A stretch of 64,000 nucleotides of DNA from Tetramitus jugosus (taxonomy: Eukaryota; Protista; Heterolobosea): positions 124,001 to 188,000 of the forward strand of contig OW569393.1 of the NCBI GenBank assembly GCA_937625935.1, written 5' to 3'. A program made the position numbers and the translations under genes. The notes below the pieces were generated by a model. That model was not told where the DNA came from. It saw only the letters and a list, made by a program, of their open reading frames with translations, and did no database searches. Below, piece by piece: positions 1 to 9,762 of the stretch; position 1 is the first letter of the stretch; each line of letters begins with the position of its first letter.

Positions 1-1149
1 ATAAGGAGGAGTATGATCATTTTACTGAGATATGTTCGGAAAGAGCTCCTCAATTTCTACAGTACTATAATACAGAGCATCATGATTGGGCTGAATACTG
101 GAATTTGAGTGATCGATGTCTAAGAAACAATAGCTTGGGTTCGACAAATAATGTAACAGAAAGTGCAATAAGACTGCTTCAAAAAGATGTTTCTTCGAGA
201 TTCAAACGATTTGATTCTTTATTAGAACATATAATGAAATTCACTCATGACCAGTTAGGAAAGCATAAGTTCAATCCTTCTCATATGAACGAGACCAAGA
301 AGCAATTACAAGATCGTTTGGAGAAGGCGCAAGATTTATATGAACAAGGAAAAGTGATAGAAATGCTTGAAAGTCCGTTTATGTTTAACGTCGCTTCATA
401 TGGAGTAGATATTCAGTATTGTTTCTGTACTTGTGGAGATTATAGTACTAAAATGAGAATATGCAAGCATATTAATGCTGGATTTATATATTTTGCTGTG
501 AAATTAGGAATGAAAAATCTACCTAAAGACGCTTATGACTTCCATCAGGAAATATTAGACACTCTCCAGAGATATCAGCAAACTAATTTTCTCGATAAAG
601 AGTTGGAAGAGAGAGGTATCGCGGGTAGATCTAAGAAGGTTGCCAATCCAACAAGAAGATCTGGGAGAAAAGTAACAAATAAGAGTCTCAAAGCAGTTGC
701 AGCTCTTTCTCAATACGAACCATCGGAAATAGAGAGAATTATAGGTGTTGCGAAAGATGCCATGGGGAGAGTCTTCTATCGTGTTGTTTGGGTGGACGAT
801 CAAAAAGAGAAATGGATAGATGTATTGCTTATAGAAGGAGTCAAGTATATGGTCAAACAATTTCTTTGTGATCTAAATGATACTATTAACTCTACATCTG
901 CTGGAGAATTAAACGACAAAGAGGTCTATTCGATCATTAAGGAGAAAGGAAAATATCAGATAGAATTATTTGATAGTGCCGATTTGTCAGATATTGATTT
1001 CACTAATGTTGTAGCCTGCAAAATATTCATGAGTAGTTTTGCTTTATAAAATTTCTGCTTTTCATCTTTTATGACTGCCTTTTAGTCAGTAAAGTTACTG
1101 CTTTTCAAAATTCCTGCTTTTCCGTTTCCGTTTCTGCCTTTCATCTCCC
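1..1149 (+). mobile_element. 3' part of a Mutator-like (MULE) DNA transposon; inferred right end near 1149
   Basis: Transposase ORF followed by five CTGCYTTT motifs (1055, 1075, 1098, 1114, 1134) ending at ...TTCATCTCCC (1149), where the neighbouring host ORF loses its family character. Confidence 0.65.
3..1049 (+). CDS. MULE transposase C-terminal part with SWIM zinc finger and chromodomain (5'-partial)
   Basis: Frame open from the window edge: FLQYYNTEHHDWAEYW...STNNVTES (MULE TNNxxES catalytic Glu motif); CTCGDYSTKMRICKH (SWIM); IERIIGV...FYRVVWVDDQKEKWI (chromo-like). Confidence 0.75.
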   Translation, partial: KEEYDHFTEICSERAPQFLQYYNTEHHDWAEYWNLSDRCLRNNSLGSTNNVTESAIRLLQKDVSSRFKRFDSLLEHIMKFTHDQLGKHKFNPSHMNETKKQLQDRLEKAQDLYEQGKVIEMLESPFMFNVASYGVDIQYCFCTCGDYSTKMRICKHINAGFIYFAVKLGMKNLPKDAYDFHQEILDTLQRYQQTNFLDKELEERGIAGRSKKVANPTRRSGRKVTNKSLKAVAALSQYEPSEIERIIGVAKDAMGRVFYRVVWVDDQKEKWIDVLLIEGVKYMVKQFLCDLNDTINSTSAGELNDKEVYSIIKEKGKYQIELFDSADLSDIDFTNVVACKIFMSSFAL

Positions 1150-1850
1150 TGCCTTGGTGCAGAGGGTGGAGGTGGACATGGCATATCACAGCAGGAGGAG
1201 AAACAATCGTCAAGCATTGAAAAGGATTCTTCTCCTCCGCTAACCCACTCAGAGGACACTGGTAGTGTTGGTGCTCGCTGAGGGAATTTAAGAACTCTGT
1301 CACTTTCCTTGCTGTCAAACACAATCATTTGAATTCCACCAAATTTCTCTTCGCCAGTCACTTGAGCTTCTACACTGTATCCAGATCCCAGTGGCATGGC
1401 CACAAATTGCTTGATGGTGCCTTCGCCACCAGCATTGATACCATCGAGCCAAGGCTGCTTTGGAATCGTAATGTAATCATCCTTTTCCAGTGAATTGCTC
1501 CACGGTTTTCCATTGATGGCATTCACCTTTCCCACTGCAATTTTCATTGCCTTTGGTCGTTCATTGGGGCACTGGAACTGCATCCACATGGCTTCTCTCT
1601 GATGCATGGGAAAGAAGACACCGCCAGTCTTTCTCCATTCAGCAGGAACTTTGTCAAGGTAGTCATCTACTTTGCACAGTGGGAATTGACCGAGAGAGGG
1701 AGGTAGTGGATAAACTTTACCGTCATCTGGGATCCTAAGTGTTCTATGGAATAGGATAGAACAAGAGTTTTGAAGTGGGTTTCCAATCTCGTTAATCCTG
1801 AGATAATTTCCTTCAATTTCAATCGTCAATTGTTTATTGTTGTTCATCAT
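1095..1850 (-). pseudogene. Conserved uncharacterised protein of the RTLRIPDDGKxYPLPP family (known from fungi, actinobacteria, protists), C-terminally truncated by the MULE
   Basis: Motifs FHRTLRIPDDGKVYPLPPSLG, PMHQREAMW, PKQPWLDGI, QFVAMPLGSGYSVEAQVTGEEKFGGIQ; the last ~17 codons are read from the putative transposon terminus. Confidence 0.6.
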
Positions 1851-2250
1851 TTAGCGGTGCAGCTGTTGTTGGTCTGTGTTGTTGATTGTTCCTTGTCGTT
1901 CTCGCGAGCTTTTGAGTTATAACCAGATCGCGGCTCTTCGATCAAGTTCCAAGAACTTTGGTGTTTGTTCCAAGGAGAAGGAGAGTTGAAATGTCGTTAA
2001 AGATTTCAGTTTGAATCATCAGAGCTACGAAGTTTCACGCAGCGAGTACACAATATCGAGTTTCGTAACAAGCTTGAAAACAAATCGGTAATGGTTGTTG
2101 TCGAGAGCTACTTAACGGATTCACCATTCCCCGGTAGTGATGATAAACTCACAAATGGAAACAGTGTCTTTCTGGTTTCTGGAGTGGTGGATTTATTATC
2201 AGTTAATCAAAGATTCATTTGGAATGATCTGTATGTATACAGTACAGTAC

Positions 2251-2778
2251 TCATCTAGTCGAATTCCTTGAAATTCCATCAAGCTTGAAATAAGCTGGAT
2301 AATGATACGAGCGATGAGAATGACCTGCAGTACGTGGCGTGGTGTACTGTTCGACACCAACCAAGGCAATATTCAGTAGTGTGATGAAGAAGATGGAACA
2401 GAATATCGTAAGTAGCAATGCTTTGCACAACTTGTTCACGGGGGCACCATCACCATTGGTTCCATGTAAGGGTTGGAACCACAGGATAACCAAAATGACA
2501 AAAGTAACTAATTGCACACCAACAGATAGAGCTGCAAGTGTGATAATCACGGAACTAAATTTGTTGACCATAACGGCAGCTTTTATGATCTGGTTGATGT
2601 TGGTGACAAGGAGAGGAGTGTCCGCAAATCCCAATGCAAGTGTCTTGCTACTCGAATAGAGGTTCATTTCACCAGCATCCAGCGTCTGTTTTGAGTCGAT
2701 AGGAACATTTGAATCAGCTTGGTCTCTTTCTTTTGTTAGAAGTGGATTTGTTGCGGGCTGTTCTGGTTGTTGAGCCAT
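2251..2778 (-). CDS. Ninjurin-family (NINJ1-like) membrane protein, 175 aa
   Basis: NLYSSSKTLALGFADTPLLVTNINQI aligns without gaps to NINJ1 NHYASKKSAAESMLDIALLMANASQL; TM1 LSVGVQLV and TM2 IFFITLLNI match SLVLQIG and VFIIVVVNI; ATG at 2778. Confidence 0.75.
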   Translation of the reverse strand: MAQQPEQPATNPLLTKERDQADSNVPIDSKQTLDAGEMNLYSSSKTLALGFADTPLLVTNINQIIKAAVMVNKFSSVIITLAALSVGVQLVTFVILVILWFQPLHGTNGDGAPVNKLCKALLLTIFCSIFFITLLNIALVGVEQYTTPRTAGHSHRSYHYPAYFKLDGISRNSTR

Positions 2779-3239
2779 TGTTTTGAGTTTCTTATGAAAG
2801 TCTTGATACAACAATTCATGAAGCGATCTCTTCCTGGATCTGCTGTTCCTCTAATTATAGGCTTAATCCATACAAGCTTGTGTTAGCCTAGTAGATCAAT
2901 TCTGTTATTATCTTCAATGAACACTTTCATCAAGCCAGGACAAAATGGTTTTCTGAATCAGTCACTCCTCGATAATTGCTATTCTAACTTCTTGAAAATC
3001 ATATTCTTTGTATGGCACTAACCACGTGCATATATTCAAGAGTTTCAACACTTCAGGTGAACCAATTTTACAATGTGATACGAATCATGTATGACTCGCA
3101 GGACGCGCCGTGTATTGCTCACCGACACCCTTTGAACTTTCGCCCTGTGACGTTGTTTGTCACAACCATTCGGAATTCATTTCACGTTCCAGATCGATCG
3201 AGAAAATGGCTTTATTTAGACCCCCTTCCATCGTTCAAT

Positions 3240-3520
3240 TACAGGAGCCCACTCATTCCACAAATATCTGCTTTCAATTTAGGTGTCAGAACGTTCGCAA
3301 AGCATTTCTGGATGATTGTCGTGCAATGTATTTCGTTACAGGATAAAGCATGTATACATCAGCTTCTCGAGTGGTGTAGAGCGTTCAACAAGAACTTTGA
3401 TAATGATGTGCTATCGACAGGTAAAACAATGGTTTTTCTCCTTGTTCATTGAGTTCGCATCAATGCTTTCTCGATCAACCATGGCTTACATAGCTTCGTT
3501 TGATCAGCTTGCACAATCCG
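3240..3520 (-). pseudogene. Degenerate relic of the local F-box/ankyrin family
   Basis: Minus strand gives fragments LNEQGEKPLF, HPEMLCERSD and DICGMS, with stops and frameshifts; compare HPEMLYERSE...DICGVS in the intact copies. Confidence 0.55.
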
Positions 3521-3553
3521 TTGTATGGGCGGCTGCCATTTTATGAGTGAAAT

Positions 3554-6349
3554 TCAGAATTGGTTTGTTCTTCTTTTCTTGTTTTGTTCGCTAGTGAGCA
3601 GTTCACTACTACCATCAGTATCACTTGATGTCTTTCTCTTTAACCGTTTCTTCTCTTGATTCTTGGTGTCTCTCATTTCCAGAAGTTGTTGAACCATCTG
3701 TTTTGATTCACGGTCAGTGTAGTTCATCAACTCTTCAAACATTGGAATGATTCTGGTGCGACCTATATGCTCCGAGGCGAGATATATGAGAGGAATGGGA
3801 GCAGTCACATCAGAATCCTTGCTCTTAAACACTGGTTGATTGGCAATGTCACTCAACTTGATTGATAATTCATTCAACAGGTACAATCCATGACGTGCTC
3901 TGAGCAAAATTTGAAGGGGACTCACATCACAAATATGCTTCAAGGTCTTCTCGTCTGAAGCTTCCGAACGTTCATACAACATTTCTGGATGATGCTCGAG
4001 ACACAGCAGTGCACAATGTTTCGCGACAGGATAATCACTCAGATGGAAAATTCTCATCTCATTGTCTACGGAGTCTAGTTGGATGGAACCAACAACTGAA
4101 ACCATCTTCCCAACAGAATAGTGCAAAGCATTCAATCCGTGCTTCATTCTTGGTGCTAAAATCTTTGAAAATACTTTGGGCGAAGCTGATTGTGTTTGAA
4201 TAAGGGTATTAATCAGTCGATAGTTCTTGTTTCGAAGTGCAGATGTAACAATAGTATCTCCCTCATTGTTCTCAACGTCAACTTGCGCTCCTGCTTCGAT
4301 TAATTTAACAGCAAATTCATCCACATATTCAGCTTGAGTGTCGCACATGTAATCAAAGTGATACTTCCTCTGTGATGATAGGCAACAGAACAATGTGTTT
4401 TCCCCTTTCTCGTTCGGCACATTCACATCAAAACCATGCTTGATAAACCACAAAATGCTGTCTCGATACCCATATTTCATCGCAACGTGAAGCAAATTTC
4501 CACATGATGTCTCATAATCTTGAAGTGTTCGATTCTTGAAGTAAGGTAAATTGACTACTTCTTCAAGGAACAGAGGATCGCGGTCGTAGTTGAGGAAAGT
4601 TTGTTCGAGGGGAGTTTGGCCCATATTGTTCCTTTTGGACATTAGACTCTCTGGACACACTGAAACAAGATATTTCACTAAATCAATATCCACGGCCTTA
4701 CAGGCTGCGTGAAGAACTGTGTTTCCATTTCTGTCCACCTGTGTGAGTGAAGCTCCTGCTGATACCAAGAATTGGGTCATCTGCAAACACCTCCAAGCAT
4801 TTTGATCGATCAACGTAGCAATGAGTGGTAAGCTTCGTTGATCGCCATTGATGATCCCATCCAAATCTCCCAAGGTGATCAACTCAGGCTCCACAGACAA
4901 TAAGTATCTCATCAACTTTGTTCGAATTAAAGAGAATCGGTCATTGTTCAAGAAAGTCTCGAACAGATAATTTCGGACACCATTGACAGCCATTGAAGGT
5001 TTGTAAGTCTCAATGATTCTCTTGATCAAGTTAAAACCTTGTTCAGAAAAACATTCTGAGATCAAGCTGCTGAGGAGAGTGATCGGTGTTGACTTCCTTT
5101 CAACAACCATACTGTCCATTTTAAAAACCAATTCAGGATATTTCATTCGACTTGGATCTGTAAGTATCTCGAGCACCTTGGGCAAGTATAGTCTGTTCGC
5201 GTCAAGGATAAACTTTACATCCAATTTAGTCTGGGATACGAGTTGAAACTGCTCAGAAACTGGAAGAGAGAGAAGTGGTTGAAAATAAGGATATTCTCGA
5301 ATGGCAATATCAATCACTGCTTCTTTGATTTCATCATTGTCTCTTCTTAACATTTTCATATGAGACAACACGACTCCTTCCTTCTTTGACATGTAATTCA
5401 AGTAGTCAACATAGGAAACAACCTCCACTGGTGGATTCGATGAATCAGTGGAAGACGTCAACTCTACTACTGACACTTCGAGGTGCAAGTACATTTCCTC
5501 GATAGATTTTAAATCATCTCTATTCAACTGGCCCAACTCCACGAACAAGTAAGACAAAGACAAGTTCTGAATATCTACTGTTGGTGGCGGATACTTTCGG
5601 TTCGTCATCGATGATCGTCCCTTGCTCGAAAATATTTTCAGCATTGCCACCGCATCCATATCGAAAAAGGTCACTCCAATAAAGTTCAGGTTCTTGGTTG
5701 AACTTGGCAATGAATCAGCAATCATTTCCAATTGATTGTACTCCAGAAAATTATATGAAGCTATGGGGCCATAATTCACAATGCCCAAAATATCCAACGT
5801 TTCCAGTTGAGTCAACCTCTGTAAAAGTACCTCAGGATTGAAATGAGAGAAATCGATAAAACTTAACCCCAATCGAAGATGTTTCACATTGGGAAACACC
5901 ATGGCCAAGAACTCAAACAACATTTGCACCACGTTCGTGGAAACTTCCAAAATACTCTCATTATAGGTATCTTCATTTTGCATCTCGTCACAACTCGTCA
6001 ATGAGCAATGGCGCTGTCCTTTTCGACCCACCAAACTAATGGGCTTCAATTGAACCAATGATTTTTGACCACTGCCATCCACTCTGAAATAATAATTTGG
6101 CTTCCCATCCTCCACCAGACTCAAATACTCTACACGGGCAAAAATGTGTTCTTCAAATTCATACAACCATTGAGAAGAAACAAATCTTAGGATGAAATAA
6201 TCCGGAAAAGCAGGAATAAATGACATGATCAAATGAAATATGTCTCTTGGGATCAGCAGTTGACTGCCACTACCTCCCATGAGGTCAAAAAGGTCCAGAT
6301 TCTTGTTCTCATCTTTCCTATATTGCATAAACTTCATTAGGTGTGGCAA
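3554..6349 (-). CDS. F-box-like + LRR-like + ankyrin-repeat protein (paralog 1)
   Basis: IPRDIFHLIMSFIPAFPDYFILRFVSSQW (F-box-like), LTQLETLDI (LRR-like), ankyrin motifs DRNGNTVLHAAC and NEKGENTLF, basic NLS-like C-terminus. Confidence 0.8.
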   Translation of the reverse strand: MPHLMKFMQYRKDENKNLDLFDLMGGSGSQLLIPRDIFHLIMSFIPAFPDYFILRFVSSQWLYEFEEHIFARVEYLSLVEDGKPNYYFRVDGSGQKSLVQLKPISLVGRKGQRHCSLTSCDEMQNEDTYNESILEVSTNVVQMLFEFLAMVFPNVKHLRLGLSFIDFSHFNPEVLLQRLTQLETLDILGIVNYGPIASYNFLEYNQLEMIADSLPSSTKNLNFIGVTFFDMDAVAMLKIFSSKGRSSMTNRKYPPPTVDIQNLSLSYLFVELGQLNRDDLKSIEEMYLHLEVSVVELTSSTDSSNPPVEVVSYVDYLNYMSKKEGVVLSHMKMLRRDNDEIKEAVIDIAIREYPYFQPLLSLPVSEQFQLVSQTKLDVKFILDANRLYLPKVLEILTDPSRMKYPELVFKMDSMVVERKSTPITLLSSLISECFSEQGFNLIKRIIETYKPSMAVNGVRNYLFETFLNNDRFSLIRTKLMRYLLSVEPELITLGDLDGIINGDQRSLPLIATLIDQNAWRCLQMTQFLVSAGASLTQVDRNGNTVLHAACKAVDIDLVKYLVSVCPESLMSKRNNMGQTPLEQTFLNYDRDPLFLEEVVNLPYFKNRTLQDYETSCGNLLHVAMKYGYRDSILWFIKHGFDVNVPNEKGENTLFCCLSSQRKYHFDYMCDTQAEYVDEFAVKLIEAGAQVDVENNEGDTIVTSALRNKNYRLINTLIQTQSASPKVFSKILAPRMKHGLNALHYSVGKMVSVVGSIQLDSVDNEMRIFHLSDYPVAKHCALLCLEHHPEMLYERSEASDEKTLKHICDVSPLQILLRARHGLYLLNELSIKLSDIANQPVFKSKDSDVTAPIPLIYLASEHIGRTRIIPMFEELMNYTDRESKQMVQQLLEMRDTKNQEKKRLKRKTSSDTDGSSELLTSEQNKKRRTNQF

Positions 6350-6496
6350 GTTCCTGCATATCCGTCCCTCTGGGTGTTCCGCGCCATTTTATGTTGTCGG
6401 ACTAAAATTTTCTCACGAATGTTCAACAAAGAAGTCGGAGAAGAATGATTTTTCCTTCTCTGTGTGGAATGGGCGAGGAGAGAAACAACAACAGCA

Positions 6497-9400
6497 ATGA
6501 ACCACTACTACATGTGTTACAGAGATCACGATCATTTCAGGCCAGTGAAAAAGGATGTCACATTGAGTAGAGTTGCTGTTTTTGGTAACAAGACCAAACA
6601 AGACAGGTGCTCGATACAACTCAATGAAAGAAACCGTTATTCATTGAGTGGTCATGACGGTCAAGCTCTAAACTTGAAAGTATCAGATAATAAGATTTCT
6701 CAACTGATACGGCAAGAGGTAAAGGAAAAGAAAAAAGACAATTACATTCTGGGCTTGTTCGTACTAAGTTCTGGTGGAGGTGGAGGTGGTGAACATAGTC
6801 GGCCGATTATTCCCAGAGATGTACTTCATTTGATCATGTCTTTCATCCCGGCTTTTCCCTATTATTTCATGTTGAGGTCAGTGTGCCGTCAATGGTTCTA
6901 TGAATTTCAAGACCATATTTTTGCCACGGTTGAGTACTTGAATTTTGTGGATGATGGAAAACCAAAGTATTACTTCAGATCGAACAAGGGTAGTCGCCGA
7001 AAAACACTTGTCCAATTGAAACCTATTGGTTTAATTGGGAGTCGAGGTCGGATGAGTGACGATGATTATTCGACGAATAATTCTGACCAAAAGTATCTGT
7101 TTGAGTTCTTGGCCCAATCGTTGCCCAATGTGAAACATCTTCGATTGGGTTTGGGTTCTCTTGATCATGATCACTTGAATCAATGTGTGAAAACAATGTT
7201 GCCAAAGTTGACGCAACTGGAAACATTGGACATTGTGGATACTGTGAATGATTACCATAGAGCTCCTTATTACGTAATGGAGCGTAGTAATTTGGAGATG
7301 ATTGCTCGTTCATTGCCTAGTTCAGCCAAGAACCTGAACTTTATTGGAGTGACTTTGGCAGATACGTCAGAGTTGGCGCAGCTCAAGATGTTTTCGAGAA
7401 AGGGAAGGCAATCAACTGCAGATTCATTGCAACGTCAGTCACCGGTGGAACAGAATCCACCATCTGTGGATATTCAGAACTTGTCTTTGTCATACATGTT
7501 CTTAAATTATTACTTGAATATCAATGATTGGAAGTGTCTCCATGAAATGTACTCACACTGTGAGATATCAATGGTGAAGTCAATTTCTCACGTTGATTCA
7601 TCCTTAACTTTACCAGTTTTCTCCTATGTTGACTATTTGAATTATATGTCAAAGAAGGAGGGAATTGTATTGTCGTACATGAAAGATGTCCAGAAACATT
7701 GGGCAATAAGCAACACTTCTGGAATCATTGAAACAGTAATTGATATTGCCGTGCAGGAGTATCCTTATTTTCAACCACTTTTATCTCTTCCAGAGGATAA
7801 AACACAGATTCTGCTCGAATCAATGACCAAACTGGATGCACAGTTCATGCTCGGTCCCGAGGATATAACTTTAGTGCCCAAAATGCTGGAGTTGCTCACC
7901 GATCCCCGTCGAATGAAATATCCTGAATTGGTGTTTCAAATTGACAGTACCTTTATTTATGAAGAGGAGCCGAGAACTCTCCTCAGCGGTTTGATCTCAG
8001 AATGTTTTTCTGAGCAAGATTTTAACTTGATCAAGAGAATCATTGAGACTTACAAGCCTTCAATGGCTGTCAATGGTGTCCGAAATTATCTGTTCGAGGC
8101 TTTCTTCGATTCACACTATCCGATTCAAACTGAATTGATGAAATACTTGTTGTGTTTGAAGCCAGATTTAGCCACCTTGGGAGATTTGGAGGGAGACATC
8201 AATGATGAACAAAAGGATCTTCCACTCTTTCAATTGATGCTCTCTCGGAATTACTCTCCAGAATGGTTGGAGGATATCAAATTCTTGGTATCAGCAGGAA
8301 CCTCACTCACTCAAGTGGACAACAATGGAAACAATGTTCTTCACTCAGCCTGTGAGAAGATGGATATTGATTTAGTGAAATACTTCGTTTCAGTTTGCCA
8401 TGAGAGCTTACTGTTCGAAAGAAACAAGCATAGCGAAACTCCACTCGAATTAATTTTCAACCGCCTCACTCGTGAATCCCTTCGTCCCCAGTTTCTTAAC
8501 GAAGTTGTGCAGTTTGCTTGCTTCAAGGACCAGTCACTCAAAGATTACGAGACTTCATGTGGTAGTCTGCTACATGCCTCCTTGAACAGTCCCCATCTTG
8601 AAACAACTCAGTGGTTACTGAACTATGGATTTGATGCGAATGCATTGAACGATAATGGAGAAAACGTGCTTTTCCGTTACATTTCAAGAACGGAATCGTG
8701 TGTGCACCAGAACGTATTTGTAGATGAAATTGGTGTTGAGCTGATCAAAGCAGGAGCACAAATTGATCTTGAAAACAAGGAGGGAGATACCATTGTGACA
8801 TTTGGACTTCAAAAAAACAAATACCGGATGATTCAGTTCCTTGTTCAAACAGCATCAGTTTCGTCGAAACAATGGTCAACTCTCTTGGCTCCGAGAATGA
8901 AACATGGATTGAATGCTTTGCATTATTTGGTCAACAAAATGGTGAAAATATTCGACAGAAGTACCGAGCCAATCAACATAGATGAACCACGGTTTCAACA
9001 GGGTGATTATCCTGTTGCGAAACATTGTGCACTGCTTTGCCTTGAGCATCATCCTGAAATGCTCTATGAACGTTCTGAACCATCAAAAGAAGAAAATATG
9101 AAAGATATCTGTGGTGTGAGTCCTCTCCAAATGTTGCTTGAAGCACATCATACATTGCACCTGTTGAATGAATTGTCAATCAAGTTGAGTGACATTGCCA
9201 ATCAACCAGTGTTTAAAAGCAAGAATACTGGTGATGAGATTGCTCCCATTCCCGTCATGTATTTAGCCTCAGAGGTGGCATTAGATATTCCACTGTTCTA
9301 CGAATTGATGAAACACACTGACAATCTTAAGGTCAGAGACGAATCACGAGAAACAAAACCGAATCTTTTACATATTGCAGCAGAAAGAAGTCCTTCTTTA

Positions 9401-9646
9401 TGTGAGTGTATCATCAATCATTGGAAAGAAAGATATACAGATAAACAAGAGTTATCTCAATTGATTAATCAATCACTTGAGAATGACGGAAAGAGACCAA
9501 GAAATGCAGCTGTAATTGCATGGAGTTCAGGTTATTACGAGATTGTTCGTATGCTCTGTACGTTGATGGAAGCCGCTGACATAGACTCTTCTGAGAAGGA
9601 TGACACGCCCAGCAGACAACGAAAAAGAAGAAGAACAGAGCTGTAA
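6497..9646 (+). CDS. F-box-like + LRR-like + ankyrin-repeat protein (paralog 2, divergent from paralog 1)
   Basis: Collinear homology with 3554..6349; DNNGNNVLHSAC, NDNGENVLF, ENKEGDTIV; first ATG (MNHYY) at 6497; ends RQRKRRRTEL. Confidence 0.8.
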   Translation: MNHYYMCYRDHDHFRPVKKDVTLSRVAVFGNKTKQDRCSIQLNERNRYSLSGHDGQALNLKVSDNKISQLIRQEVKEKKKDNYILGLFVLSSGGGGGGEHSRPIIPRDVLHLIMSFIPAFPYYFMLRSVCRQWFYEFQDHIFATVEYLNFVDDGKPKYYFRSNKGSRRKTLVQLKPIGLIGSRGRMSDDDYSTNNSDQKYLFEFLAQSLPNVKHLRLGLGSLDHDHLNQCVKTMLPKLTQLETLDIVDTVNDYHRAPYYVMERSNLEMIARSLPSSAKNLNFIGVTLADTSELAQLKMFSRKGRQSTADSLQRQSPVEQNPPSVDIQNLSLSYMFLNYYLNINDWKCLHEMYSHCEISMVKSISHVDSSLTLPVFSYVDYLNYMSKKEGIVLSYMKDVQKHWAISNTSGIIETVIDIAVQEYPYFQPLLSLPEDKTQILLESMTKLDAQFMLGPEDITLVPKMLELLTDPRRMKYPELVFQIDSTFIYEEEPRTLLSGLISECFSEQDFNLIKRIIETYKPSMAVNGVRNYLFEAFFDSHYPIQTELMKYLLCLKPDLATLGDLEGDINDEQKDLPLFQLMLSRNYSPEWLEDIKFLVSAGTSLTQVDNNGNNVLHSACEKMDIDLVKYFVSVCHESLLFERNKHSETPLELIFNRLTRESLRPQFLNEVVQFACFKDQSLKDYETSCGSLLHASLNSPHLETTQWLLNYGFDANALNDNGENVLFRYISRTESCVHQNVFVDEIGVELIKAGAQIDLENKEGDTIVTFGLQKNKYRMIQFLVQTASVSSKQWSTLLAPRMKHGLNALHYLVNKMVKIFDRSTEPINIDEPRFQQGDYPVAKHCALLCLEHHPEMLYERSEPSKEENMKDICGVSPLQMLLEAHHTLHLLNELSIKLSDIANQPVFKSKNTGDEIAPIPVMYLASEVALDIPLFYELMKHTDNLKVRDESRETKPNLLHIAAERSPSLCECIINHWKERYTDKQELSQLINQSLENDGKRPRNAAVIAWSSGYYEIVRMLCTLMEAADIDSSEKDDTPSRQRKRRRTEL

Positions 9647-9762
9647 AGTACATTTCTTTGAGCAATTTCCATTCATTTGTGCAAGGAATAAGTAACAATG
9701 AGCAAAGAAGCAGCTTCCATTTTTTAACTTCCGTGTGAGACACGCAAAGAAAAGAGCAAAAT

